Shown: piece after piece, positions 17,835 through 27,102 of the stretch
How positions within the stretch are numbered: position 1 is the first letter of the stretch
Layout: the number at the start of each line of letters is the position of its first letter
NCBI GenBank assembly: GCA_965219095.1
Contig: CBDCMT010000001.1
Location: 1,107,262 to 1,171,261, forward strand
Source: Bdellovibrionales bacterium
Lineage (GTDB): Bacteria > Bdellovibrionota > Bdellovibrionia > Bdellovibrionales > UBA1609
Direction: 5' to 3'
Length of the DNA: 64,000 nucleotides
Program-made: the position numbers and the translations under genes
Notes under the pieces: generated by a model
Database searches by the model: none
What the model was told of the DNA's origin: nothing
What the model saw: the letters and a program-made list of their open reading frames with translations, nothing else

Positions 17835-19739
17835 ATGGACTTTCTATGGCTCTCTAGAGGAAACCTGCCCTTGCTTCTAAAAAATTCTTGCTATGCTTTT
17901 AAAGAGCTTAGAAAAAATGAAGCTCAAAATATAAAATCTTCTATCCTTGTTTTTGATAAAAGCTTCAAAGAAGTGTGGCATGAAAACCTTGCATCTGCAG
18001 TTAAAGTCTTTTTTTGCCACAACAAAAGTCAAGATCAAGGGCTTATTGAAGCTGTGAATGGCTTAAAAGTTTTTAGTGTTATCGATGAAGCAAGTTCAGA
18101 AAATGAAGTAGACTTTATTTTAAAAAAAGCTTTAAATCACTATGAAGAAAAAAGTGCTCAAAAGCTTTTTTTAGAAGGCTTAAAATTAGAAAATGAAAAA
18201 TTAGTACAAAAAAAATCTAAGAAAGAAAAAGAGTATCATAAGTATACTCTAAATTTTAAACATATAAATTCAGAAACTCAAAAAGCTCTAAGAAAAAGAA
18301 AAGACATAGTACATTTAGCAAAAAAACTCTCTGGTATCACAGTCATTGATGATTTTTTCAAAGTTCTTCAACAAGAGATAAAAATCTTTCATAAGGTTCA
18401 CAGTCTTTATCTTGTTTATACGGATCATAATAAACAGTCCTTTCTCTTGTTTTCTAAAGAAAGGTTTATCAAAGAAAAACCCTTAGGAAGGGTTGACCGT
18501 CTTCTTCAAGCTTTCAACCATTCTCACAAGCTAGCAAATCTTATCAAAAGGCCGGTTTTACCTATAAAACAATTTGTTCTTTTGAAGAATCCTCCTTGTA
18601 CTCTCATTTTTGAAGCCACTTTAAATGTTGAAGAAGAAAAGGTGTTTTCGTCTTTTCTAGAGAAAAGACAAAAGATTCTAGAACTTACTTTTGAATTAGC
18701 CTTATTTCAAAATCAAATGAGAAAAACCATGCAAACGTGGGAAAAAGTTTTCAATGGCATACAAAACCCTCTTGCTGTAATCAAAAGAGATGGTTCCGTG
18801 ATAAGAGCTAATAAACACTTCTTTCAGATGAACTTGTCCCGTAAATGCTATCAAACTCTACAAAATCAAAATAAGATTCGTGTTAATAGTTTTCTTGAAA
18901 ACCACCTTTTTGAAGAAAAAACTCAACGAACCCCTATTGTTGTTAAAGACAAAATTTATGAACTTCATTCTTTTCCTATTAAGTTCTCTTATGAAAAAAA
19001 AACCTCTGCTGTTATTAATTATTACATTGATGTAACTAAGGCAAAAAAGCTTTATAGCCAAATGATACAAAATGAGAAAGCCATGGCTTTGGGACACTTA
19101 GCCCAGCAACTCACCCATGAACTTAACAACCCTTTAACAGGAATCAAGTCTATGGCCCAGATTTTATCTTCAAAAGCCTCGTCTGCGGTCAAAGAAGATC
19201 TCAACTACATTCAAGAAGGTGTAAATCAGTGTCTTTCTATTATTCAAAATCTTCATGATTTTTCTTGTGAAGCACTTGATCTTAAAGTTGTATCCTTAAG
19301 GTTTCTTGTAGAAAAAACCCTTCCCCTTTTAAAATCTGCAGTCAGTTTTTTTGAAAGAGAGACCACATTGGATCAAAAACAAGATTTTGTAAAAATACAG
19401 CCTCAGCTTATACAGCAAGTGATCTTCAACCTTGTCAAAAACGCCTCCCAAGCTATGGAAAAGCACAAAGGAAAAATTGAAATCAGAACCAAAGTTTTAA
19501 AAAACACAGTGCGATTTTCCGTAAAAGATACAGGCTCAGGGATTGATGACAAGTTAAAAAAGGCCATCTATGAACCTTTTTTTACTACTAAATCATCTTC
19601 CGATGGAACAGGCCTAGGCCTTCATTTATGTAAAACTATCATTGAAAAAATGGGGGGGGAACTTGACTTTCAAACTTCCCTTTCAAAAGGAAGCCTTTTT
19701 TATTTTGATCTACCCCGGATTGAAAGACACTCCCTATGA
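17835..19739 (+). CDS. Cytoplasmic sensor histidine kinase (unknown N-terminal domain, PAS-like, HisKA, HATPase_c)
   Basis: H-box HELNNPLTGI, N-box NLVKNASQAM, G1 DTGSGI, G2 GTGLGL. No obvious transmembrane segments. The stop overlaps the start of the next gene (ATGA). Confidence 0.85.
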   Translation: MDFLWLSRGNLPLLLKNSCYAFKELRKNEAQNIKSSILVFDKSFKEVWHENLASAVKVFFCHNKSQDQGLIEAVNGLKVFSVIDEASSENEVDFILKKALNHYEEKSAQKLFLEGLKLENEKLVQKKSKKEKEYHKYTLNFKHINSETQKALRKRKDIVHLAKKLSGITVIDDFFKVLQQEIKIFHKVHSLYLVYTDHNKQSFLLFSKERFIKEKPLGRVDRLLQAFNHSHKLANLIKRPVLPIKQFVLLKNPPCTLIFEATLNVEEEKVFSSFLEKRQKILELTFELALFQNQMRKTMQTWEKVFNGIQNPLAVIKRDGSVIRANKHFFQMNLSRKCYQTLQNQNKIRVNSFLENHLFEEKTQRTPIVVKDKIYELHSFPIKFSYEKKTSAVINYYIDVTKAKKLYSQMIQNEKAMALGHLAQQLTHELNNPLTGIKSMAQILSSKASSAVKEDLNYIQEGVNQCLSIIQNLHDFSCEALDLKVVSLRFLVEKTLPLLKSAVSFFERETTLDQKQDFVKIQPQLIQQVIFNLVKNASQAMEKHKGKIEIRTKVLKNTVRFSVKDTGSGIDDKLKKAIYEPFFTTKSSSDGTGLGLHLCKTIIEKMGGELDFQTSLSKGSLFYFDLPRIERHSL

Positions 19740-20092
19740 AAGTTTTAGTAATAGATGATGAAGAGCTTATAAGAAGAACTTTGGTGCATGTAGCTGAGAG
19801 CTTTGATTTTACAGTCAAAGAAGCTCAAGACAGTCATGAAGGAGAAAGAATTTGGTGTTCTTTTCAACCCGATCTAGTGTTTGTAGATGTTCTTATGCCA
19901 GGTCAAACGGGTCCAGAATTGATAAAAACGATGTCAAAAAGACATTCCTCAAAAATTGTCCTTATGTCAGCTCTCACTCAAGACTATGACACCAAAAAGG
20001 CCCAAGCTTTGGGTGCTGATTGGTTTGTAGGTAAACCTTTTGACAACATCTTTGATGTTTTTCAAAAAGCTAAGTGTCTCATAGACAAGTAA
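19736..20092 (+). CDS. Single-domain (CheY-like) response regulator
   Basis: 118 aa with VLVIDDEE, the phospho-acceptor context LVFVDVLMPG, and a conserved Lys in VGKPF. There is no output domain. Confidence 0.85.
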   Translation: MKVLVIDDEELIRRTLVHVAESFDFTVKEAQDSHEGERIWCSFQPDLVFVDVLMPGQTGPELIKTMSKRHSSKIVLMSALTQDYDTKKAQALGADWFVGKPFDNIFDVFQKAKCLIDK

Positions 20093-20146
20093 GGCAAGAC
20101 AAGTTTTTTTCTTGACAAGACCTTATAAACCAAAGAAGTATTAAGT

Positions 20147-20632
20147 ATGAAGAAAACGGCTCTTTATGCTGGAAGCTTTGATCCCATCACTTACGGGCAT
20201 ATAGATCTTATTGAAAAAGCTCAAAAAATTTTTAATAAAATCATTGTTCTTGTCTCTTCTTCTGAAAAAAAACCCCCTCTCTTCTCATTAAAAGAACGTC
20301 TCAATCTTGTAAGAGAAAGCGTCAAGCATTTTCAATCTGTAGAGGTTGATTCCTCTGAAATCCTTACAGCAGAGTATGCTAGAGAAAAAGATATTTGTAT
20401 TTTGCTAAGAGGCCTTCGTACAGCATCTGATCTTGACTACGAACTGCGTTTGAATTGGATGAATCAACAAATCAACAAATCATTGGAAACAGTTTTTGTC
20501 ACTCCCTGTCCTAAAAATTTCCTTATTTCTTCTCAAATTATAAAAGAAATCGCAAAAATAAAACCTAAGGAATTAGAAAATTTTGTTCCTCCTTTAGTGG
20601 CTCAAAAGCTAAAAGAAAGATTGAGCCTATGA
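20147..20632 (+). CDS. coaD: Phosphopantetheine adenylyltransferase
   Basis: 161 aa. The N-terminal YAGSFDPITYGHIDLI (T/HxGH motif) and the length are typical of CoaD. Confidence 0.9.
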   Translation: MKKTALYAGSFDPITYGHIDLIEKAQKIFNKIIVLVSSSEKKPPLFSLKERLNLVRESVKHFQSVEVDSSEILTAEYAREKDICILLRGLRTASDLDYELRLNWMNQQINKSLETVFVTPCPKNFLISSQIIKEIAKIKPKELENFVPPLVAQKLKERLSL

Positions 20633-21810
20633 ATCAACTGTCACAAAGAGCTTGCAATTTAAAAAGCTCTCCCACACTTCGTTTAAACCAAAAGACAAAA
20701 GAACTAAGAGATAGAGGTGAAAAAGTAATTTCCTTTGCAACAGGAGAGCCTCAATGGCAGGCACCTCAATACGTTATTGAAACTGAATATGAAAGCCTTA
20801 AAAAAGGGGCCACTCGCTACACTCCTTCTTCAGGAATAGAGGAGCTTAAAAGTGCTATTGTCAACAAAATTAGAAAGAATCTCTTTCTAGACTATGAAGT
20901 AAATGATGTTAGTGTTTCCACAGGAGCTAAGTTTGCCACCTTCGCAGGCCTTCAAATTCTTTGTGATCCTAAAGACGAAGTCATTGTGATAGCACCTTAT
21001 TGGGTTAGTTATCCTGAGATGATTCGTTTAGCAGGTGCTACACCTTCTGTGATTTCTACTTCCAGAGAATCAAACTTTAAACTCACAGCCGAACAGTTAA
21101 AAAGACACATCAATGAGAATACAAAAGCTCTCATACTTAACAATCCTGTCAATCCAACAGCTCAAGTTTACACAAAACAGGAGTTAGAAGGCTTAGCTAA
21201 AGTTTTAAGGCGTCATCCTCAAGTTTTTGTTCTTTGTGATGATGTTTATTATGATCTCTCCTTTAGTCGTCCTACGCACTTTTTAGAAATAGCTGGCGAT
21301 TTAAAAGATAGAACCCTTCTTTTAAATTCTGTATCTAAAAGCTATTCTATGACAGGCTGGAGGATTGGTTGGTCTGTGTGCTCTCATAAAGAGGTCATTT
21401 CGGCCATTAACAAATATCAAAGCCAATCCATTAGCTGTACTTCTCATGCAGGACAATTTGCTGCTGCTGCAGCTCTTCAATCAGGTGATCTTTTTATTAA
21501 AGAATCTCTTGAAAAACTCATTGATAAAAAAAATTTTGTTATGACAAAACTTTCAGAATTAGATCTTAAAGCTATTACCCCTCAGGCTACATTCTACCTC
21601 TGGGTATGTATTGAAGACTATCTTACAGGGCCTTTAAAAACCTCTCGTGAATTTTCAGAAGCTCTTCTAGAAAAACATATGGTGGTTGCTGTTCCCGGTA
21701 TTGACTTTGGACTAGATGGTTACTTACGTTTAAGCTATTGTCTTAGTTTTGAAGACATTAGAGAGGGGCTGATGCGTTTGAAACTTTTTACATCTTCTTT
21801 AAAAAACTAG
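20629..21810 (+). CDS. Class I/II pyridoxal-phosphate aminotransferase (aspartate aminotransferase-like)
   Basis: 393 aa with NNPVNPT and SVSKSYSMTGWRIGW (PLP-lysine context). There is a 4-nt overlap with coaD. Confidence 0.85.
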   Translation: MNQLSQRACNLKSSPTLRLNQKTKELRDRGEKVISFATGEPQWQAPQYVIETEYESLKKGATRYTPSSGIEELKSAIVNKIRKNLFLDYEVNDVSVSTGAKFATFAGLQILCDPKDEVIVIAPYWVSYPEMIRLAGATPSVISTSRESNFKLTAEQLKRHINENTKALILNNPVNPTAQVYTKQELEGLAKVLRRHPQVFVLCDDVYYDLSFSRPTHFLEIAGDLKDRTLLLNSVSKSYSMTGWRIGWSVCSHKEVISAINKYQSQSISCTSHAGQFAAAAALQSGDLFIKESLEKLIDKKNFVMTKLSELDLKAITPQATFYLWVCIEDYLTGPLKTSREFSEALLEKHMVVAVPGIDFGLDGYLRLSYCLSFEDIREGLMRLKLFTSSLKN

Positions 21811-21881
21811 TCTTTTATCTAAGTTTACCTTTACAGACCTTTGTTTTAAAATAAAAGTGTCCTTATATTAGGAATTTAGAT

Positions 21882-22370
21882 ATGGCTTTTCTTATTTTTA
21901 TACAGATGGTTTTTAATGTGGCTCTTAGTTTTTTTGTATTAGCTTTGTTAAAAAAACAAAATGCAGATAGGAAAGATGAAAGACTTAGTCAAGCCCTTAG
22001 GCTTTTAGAGAAAAAAATATCACTCCTTCAAGAACTTTCTAGGCAGATTGATCATCAAGTTTTTTCTACAGCTAACGCATATAAGATGGGCAGATCAAAA
22101 ATAGAGAAAGCAAAAAAACAAACTCAAACCTTTAAAGACAGCTGTGATCAATTTAAAAATAAAAACAGCAAAGACAACTGGCCTTCTAAAGTTTATGACT
22201 TTAAAAACCATGTATCCCTAAAAGCTAAGTCTTTTGCTTATGATTTAAAGAACGTTGCTTCTAAAGAGCCTCCCTTAACTTTAAAAGATAAGCTTCAAAC
22301 AAAAAAGGACAAGCCTCAAACAAATTTAAAACTTATTTCAAAAGATGATTCACCAGAAGACAGCTTATAA
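21882..22370 (+). CDS. Hypothetical membrane-anchored coiled-coil protein
   Basis: 162 aa with an N-terminal hydrophobic segment (FLIFIQMVFNVALSFFVLALL) and a K/Q-rich remainder. Confidence 0.5.
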   Translation: MAFLIFIQMVFNVALSFFVLALLKKQNADRKDERLSQALRLLEKKISLLQELSRQIDHQVFSTANAYKMGRSKIEKAKKQTQTFKDSCDQFKNKNSKDNWPSKVYDFKNHVSLKAKSFAYDLKNVASKEPPLTLKDKLQTKKDKPQTNLKLISKDDSPEDSL

Positions 22371-22865
22371 CTCTTGTTGACTTACACGAATGAAGTGAGT
22401 TAAGTAATAACGAACCATAGAGGTTAAGTCCACACGAAGATTTTTGAAAGACCATTCTAACTCTCCGTAGGCAATAAATTGTGCTTGAATTTTATGCTCA
22501 TCTTGCAAATCATTTTTCTTGTCATTTTGAATTAAGTGGATGCAAATCTCCCCTGGTTTAAGAGTGTAAAAAACCATCTGAAAACCATGTCGGAACAACA
22601 TAAATCCAGGTCTTTTTATAGATAGCTTGTAGATTTTAAGGCGGGCTTTACGACCTTCTTCTGTATCTTCTTTAAACTCATTGAAATAGATAATGTATTT
22701 TTCAAAAATATCCTTTATTAAGGATAAAGATTCTTTGGTTTTTTCTTCTAAAATTTCTTTTGGGCTAGTTTGTACTCCATAAAAATTATTGGACAAAAGC
22801 TCGCCTTCTGTCATAGCCTGTTCTTCTAGAACTAGTTTTTCTAACCAATCATGTTGAATTTCCAA
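22365..22865 (-). CDS. Hypothetical protein
   Basis: 166-aa ORF convergent with 21882-22370 (6-nt overlap of the ends). It has a non-ATG start in the track. I recognise no family. Confidence 0.45.
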   Translation of the reverse strand: MEIQHDWLEKLVLEEQAMTEGELLSNNFYGVQTSPKEILEEKTKESLSLIKDIFEKYIIYFNEFKEDTEEGRKARLKIYKLSIKRPGFMLFRHGFQMVFYTLKPGEICIHLIQNDKKNDLQDEHKIQAQFIAYGELEWSFKNLRVDLTSMVRYYLTHFIRVSQQEL

Positions 22866-23038
22866 AACACCTTCCTTCTTTTCAATATAACCCTAAGTTT
22901 ATGGTTATATTGTGATTTATGAAAGTCAACGTAGTTTTTTTGCTAAGCGTCATAGCTCCATTTTAAACTCAAATCCATCTAAGCTAGTTAGAGAAGGTAT
23001 AGTAAAATTATAAATAAAACTAAAAAAGGACATTTTTT

Positions 23039-23530
23039 ATGACAAAAATAAAACAATTTATTTTCTCCTCTTTTCTTCTTATGTTTCTTGCATCTTGTTC
23101 TTCTATGAAGGCCAAGGTAGGAGATGTAGAAAAGGATCCTAGCATTAGTACGACAGAACTTAGTTTTAAACCTCAAGGAAGTGATGCAGGTTTTGATGGT
23201 TTAACAACTATTAATTTTGAATTCGATCGTGCGGACTTAACAGAAAAAAGTCGCAAAACCCTTGAAGAAAATGCTCACTGGATTAAAACTAATCCTAATT
23301 ATATTATCGAAATTGAGGGTCATTGTGATAATCGAGGTTCTGTACAGTACAACATTGCTTTAGGCGAAAGAAGATCTAATATGGTAAGAGGTTATCTTAT
23401 TAATTTGGGTGTACCTAGAGAGAGGATGTCTGTTATCAGCTATGGAAAAGAAAAATTAATTGCTTTAGGAAATGATGAGGCCTCTCACTATAAAAATAGA
23501 CGAGCTAACTTTAAGCCCATCAAGAAATAA
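23039..23530 (+). CDS. pal: Peptidoglycan-associated lipoprotein (OmpA-like C-terminal domain)
   Basis: Lipobox FLASC. The OmpA_C-like region includes FEFDRADL, IEGHCDNRGSVQYNIALGERRSNMVRGYL and RRANF. Confidence 0.85.
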   Translation: MTKIKQFIFSSFLLMFLASCSSMKAKVGDVEKDPSISTTELSFKPQGSDAGFDGLTTINFEFDRADLTEKSRKTLEENAHWIKTNPNYIIEIEGHCDNRGSVQYNIALGERRSNMVRGYLINLGVPRERMSVISYGKEKLIALGNDEASHYKNRRANFKPIKK

Positions 23531-23533
23531 ACT

Positions 23534-23875
23534 ATGAAAAAAACTTTTCTTAAAAGTTTTTCATTTTGTTTTATATCCTTATTTTTCCTACAATGTGCAG
23601 GAACGCCTCCCGTTTATATTTACAATCAGGCTTCCCTAGCTTTAAAAAAAGCCAGAGAAGCTTATGGTAAAACGTACTCTCCTAAAACTCTTAAAATATC
23701 TCAAAGGTATTACAACCAAGGAGAAAAACTCTATACAGAAAGAAGGTACAGAAAAGCGAAAGAAGAATTCCTAAAAGCCATTAAATGGGCTGAAAAAACA
23801 GAAAACCTTTCTTTAATAAGAAAGATAAAAGAACAGGAAGAAATAACAGAAGAAGAAAGAAAGTCAGCACAATGA
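23534..23875 (+). CDS. Small helical lipoprotein (possibly DUF4398-like)
   Basis: Lipobox FFLQC. 113 aa, helical and A/K/E-rich, immediately after pal. The family assignment is from memory only. Confidence 0.5.
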   Translation: MKKTFLKSFSFCFISLFFLQCAGTPPVYIYNQASLALKKAREAYGKTYSPKTLKISQRYYNQGEKLYTERRYRKAKEEFLKAIKWAEKTENLSLIRKIKEQEEITEEERKSAQ

Positions 23876-24612
23876 AAAAAAAATTACTGCTTATCATAAC
23901 TACTTTGCTTTTTAGCACTTCTTGTTTTAAAACAAGAAGTGAATTGCAAGGTAGAATCAACACTGTTCCTGAAGCTATACCTCTTGAGTCCCAAGAAAAC
24001 TCACAAACTACACCCTACAGTAAGAGAAGTATAAGAACTTGGGATCGGTTGAATGAAATCGAACAACAACTTCAAGAGCTTCGTTCAGAAATTGAGATTT
24101 TACAAAATCAAATCTCTCAGGCCAATTACAAGGACAAAAATCCTCCCGTCAATTCTTTAAATAAAAACTATTCAAACAAAGCTTACGAGGAGGCTTTGTT
24201 TGATTTTGAAAAAAATCTGAAAAATTTAAACAAACGGCTCAATCAATTGGAAGAAAAACAAAAAGTTTATAAAAAAAAGAGTACAAAAGGAAGTAAAAAG
24301 AGTACAAAAAAGAGTGTAAAAAACAAAACCATTGTGAAGAAAGAAAACATTCTAAATTTTTTACACCATCGTGCTGAGAAAGCCTTTAAGACAAAAAACT
24401 GGACTCTTTCCATAGAACTTTATCAAAAGTTAAGGAAGAACTCAAAAGGGAAAACTTACAGACAAGCCACTTATAAGATTGGAGAGGCTTTCAGTCGTTT
24501 AGGTATGAAAAAAGAAGCCCAACCTTTTTTAGAAGAACTTGTTAAAAAGTACCCTAAAACTTTAGAGGCTAAACAAGCGAAAATAAAGTTAAATCAGTTT
24601 TATCATCAGTGA
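23872..24612 (+). CDS. ybgF: YbgF/CpoB-like Tol-Pal-associated lipoprotein (coiled coil plus TPR)
   Basis: Lipobox FSTSC and a central coiled coil (LQELRSEIEILQNQISQ). The C-terminal TPR-like part reads AEKAFKTKNW...YKIGEAFSRLGMKKEAQPFLEELVKKYPKT. It sits downstream of pal. Confidence 0.6.
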   Translation: MKKKLLLIITTLLFSTSCFKTRSELQGRINTVPEAIPLESQENSQTTPYSKRSIRTWDRLNEIEQQLQELRSEIEILQNQISQANYKDKNPPVNSLNKNYSNKAYEEALFDFEKNLKNLNKRLNQLEEKQKVYKKKSTKGSKKSTKKSVKNKTIVKKENILNFLHHRAEKAFKTKNWTLSIELYQKLRKNSKGKTYRQATYKIGEAFSRLGMKKEAQPFLEELVKKYPKTLEAKQAKIKLNQFYHQ

Positions 24613-25652
24613 TTAAAAAAGTTCTAGCTATTGAAACAAGTTGTGATGACACAGCTGTGTCTGTTGTCAAAGAACCACAGGAAGTGGAGGTCTCTTTATC
24701 TGCAGATCAAATAAAAGCTCACATGCCTTTTGGCGGTGTTGTACCTGAAATAGCAGGACGCAGGCATTCTCTTGTGCTACTTTCTCTTGTGAAAGAAGCC
24801 CTTCGTTTAAGTGAAAGTACTTGGGAGGACATTGATGGCTTATCTGTTACTAACAGACCTGGTCTTTTAACCTCCCTTTTTGTAGGAGTGATGACAGCAA
24901 AAACCTTAGCTCTTTGTCAGAAAAAACCTCTCATAGGAGTCAATCACTTAGAAGCCCACATCTATGCTCCTTTTTTAAGTGATAAAGAACATAAAGCTCC
25001 CCGCTTTTGGAAAAATTCTTTTCTAGCTCTTGCTGTAAGCGGGGGACATACTCACCTTTACAAAGTACACAAGTTTACTCGCTACGAACTTTTGGGAAAA
25101 ACACTGGATGATGCTGCAGGAGAGGCATTCGACAAATTTGCTCAACTTCTTTCTTTGGGCTTTCCGGGTGGCACTCTTGTGGATCGTATGTCTCAAGGTG
25201 GAGATGCTCACAAATATCTTCTTCCAAGACCTCTTATAAAAGAAGATCATTTCAACTATAGTTTTTCGGGGCTTAAAACAGCCTCCTATCGGTTGATTCA
25301 AACTATGACTCCGCAGGAGAGAAAGGACCATCTTAAGGATCTTTGTGCTAGTTTTCAACAGGCTGTTTCAGAGTCTTTAATGAAAAAACTCAAAAAAGCT
25401 CAAGAAAAGTTAAAAATTGACCGTGTTGTTCTTACAGGAGGTGTAAGTGCTAACTCTCTTTTAAGAAGCATGTGTCTTCAGTGGGCTCAAAAAAAAGGTC
25501 TTGAAGTTGCAATACCCCCTTTAAGATATTGCACAGATAATGCAGCTATGGTGGGGCTTGTGGGTCTTAAAAGACTTCAACTTTATGGAGGAGAAAGACT
25601 TCAAGCCATTCAAGCTATGTCTTGTGTCAAAAAGGACGATTTTATTTCATGA
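24609..25652 (+). CDS. tsaD: tRNA N6-adenosine threonylcarbamoyltransferase
   Basis: 347 aa with IETSCDDTAVSV, GVNHLEAH, SGGHTHL and VLTGGVSAN, typical of TsaD/Kae1. Confidence 0.9.
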   Translation: MIKKVLAIETSCDDTAVSVVKEPQEVEVSLSADQIKAHMPFGGVVPEIAGRRHSLVLLSLVKEALRLSESTWEDIDGLSVTNRPGLLTSLFVGVMTAKTLALCQKKPLIGVNHLEAHIYAPFLSDKEHKAPRFWKNSFLALAVSGGHTHLYKVHKFTRYELLGKTLDDAAGEAFDKFAQLLSLGFPGGTLVDRMSQGGDAHKYLLPRPLIKEDHFNYSFSGLKTASYRLIQTMTPQERKDHLKDLCASFQQAVSESLMKKLKKAQEKLKIDRVVLTGGVSANSLLRSMCLQWAQKKGLEVAIPPLRYCTDNAAMVGLVGLKRLQLYGGERLQAIQAMSCVKKDDFIS

Positions 25653-26461
25653 ACTCTCAGAGCGTCAAAGATAAGCTCAGACAATTAGGAATCTCTCCTA
25701 GAAAATCACTAGGACAAAATTTTCTTATCAATAAAAGCATTTGCTATCAAATTATAGAAAAAACCCGTCAACTCAAACCCTCTTATTACGTAGAGATAGG
25801 TCCTGGTCTAGGAGCTTTAACACAGTTCTTAAACCCTAAAAAAAGTCTTCTCATTGAAAAAGAGAAAGCTTTTTTGCCTTATTGGAAAAAGTCAGGCTTT
25901 CTTGTTTTAGAAAGGGACGTTTTAAAAGTTGATTTTAGTACTCTTCAACTTAAGCCTAAGACTATTCTTCTCAGTAACCTCCCCTACACCATAAGCTCTC
26001 GTTTTTTAATTCAGATCTCTTTACAACATAAGAATTTGATCGAGTGGATGGTTTTAATGTTTCAAAAAGAGGTGGCACAAAGAATACTAAGCCCTCAAGG
26101 GAGTAAAAACTATGGTATTTTATCTGTTATGACCCAAACCTTATGGAATATAGAAAATTTTTTAGAAGTTTACCCTAAAGACTTTTATCCTCCTCCCCAA
26201 GTTGCAGGACAGGTTCTTGTATTTAAAAAAAAACTCTCTCCTTTCAAGACCTCTCACCAAATAAAAAAGTTTCTTTTATTTGTAAAAAAAGCCTTTCTTT
26301 ATAGAAGAAAGTACCTGAAAAGTAACTTAAAGTTAAAAGATTTAAAAACCTTAGAGGCTCTTAACATTTCCTACAAAGCAAGAGCTGAGGATCTAAGTCC
26401 AAGAGACTTTGTCAAACTTTTTTGCTATATTAAAAAACATGAGACAAAAGAATCCACCTAA
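25649..26461 (+). CDS. rsmA: 16S rRNA (adenine1518/1519-N6)-dimethyltransferase
   Basis: Contains LGQNFL, EIGPGLGALT and SNLPYTIS. I prefer the ATG at 25649, which overlaps the tsaD stop as ATGA, over the track start at 25622. Confidence 0.85.
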   Translation: MNSQSVKDKLRQLGISPRKSLGQNFLINKSICYQIIEKTRQLKPSYYVEIGPGLGALTQFLNPKKSLLIEKEKAFLPYWKKSGFLVLERDVLKVDFSTLQLKPKTILLSNLPYTISSRFLIQISLQHKNLIEWMVLMFQKEVAQRILSPQGSKNYGILSVMTQTLWNIENFLEVYPKDFYPPPQVAGQVLVFKKKLSPFKTSHQIKKFLLFVKKAFLYRRKYLKSNLKLKDLKTLEALNISYKARAEDLSPRDFVKLFCYIKKHETKEST

Positions 26462-26918
26462 GAATGCTTTGTTTGTTGCAAAAAACAAAAAAGCCAGTTT
26501 TAACTATGAAATTTTAGAAAGCTTTGAAGCAGGCCTGCAACTCAAAGGTAGCGAAGTGAAGTCGTTGAGATTAAAGCTCTGTAGCCTTTCTCAAGCCTAC
26601 ATTTCTTTTGCCAAAAAGGAGGCTTTTGTACAAGGTATGCATATTGCCCCTTACCCTCATGGGGGTTTAAATAACCACAATCCTCTACGTCTTAGAAAGC
26701 TTCTTCTTCACAGAAGGGAAATTAATCGTTTGATGGGTCTTTCCGATAAACAGGGAGTTACGTGCGTTCCTTTAGAAATTTATTTTAATAAAAAACAAAA
26801 AGTGAAATTGAAAATAGCTCTTGTAAGAGGAAAGCATAAAAAGGACAAACGAGAAACATTGAAGAGAAGACAAGCTCATAGAGAGATGGCTCGTGAAATG
26901 AAAAAGAAAAATCTGTAA
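26439..26918 (+). CDS. smpB: SsrA-binding protein
   Basis: Contains NKKASFNYEILESFEAGLQLKGSEVKSLR and a basic C-terminal tail. The likely start is ATG 26439; the track ORF begins with TTG at 26409. Confidence 0.9.
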   Translation: MRQKNPPKNALFVAKNKKASFNYEILESFEAGLQLKGSEVKSLRLKLCSLSQAYISFAKKEAFVQGMHIAPYPHGGLNNHNPLRLRKLLLHRREINRLMGLSDKQGVTCVPLEIYFNKKQKVKLKIALVRGKHKKDKRETLKRRQAHREMAREMKKKNL

Positions 26919-26948
26919 ACAATATCTATAGCGATAGCATTTAATTTT

Positions 26949-27015
26949 GCCTCCTCAAAAGAATCTGTGGGTTCCCGGAGGTTCTGGCAGTTTTCCAAGG
27001 TTATGATATAAGGCG
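26949..27015 (+). repeat. ~67-bp remnant of the ISL3 3' terminus just downstream of smpB
   Basis: GCCTCCTCAAAAGAATCTGTGGGTTCCCGGAGGTTCTGGCAGTTTTCCAAGGTTATGATATAAGGCG is nearly identical to 38384-38450. Confidence 0.8.
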
Positions 27016-27102
27016 ATTTTTTAAGTGTAGTGAGGTCTAGTTTTTTGATAAAATCTTGATAAAGAAGAAGTTTTTTTAAGAACGTAGTTGTATGAGTAAA
27101 TT

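Noticed and set aside
20093-20146. Possible rho-independent terminator after the response regulator (CAAGACAAG-T7-CTTGACAAG)
   Set aside because: The two arms are mostly direct rather than inverted repeats. Only about 4 bp can pair.
26919-27102. Possible tmRNA (ssrA) gene next to smpB
   Set aside because: The gap is only ~180 bp. It is filled by an ISL3 terminal remnant and an IS630-like lineage A leader fragment. No tRNA-like acceptor/T-arm or tag reading frame is visible.
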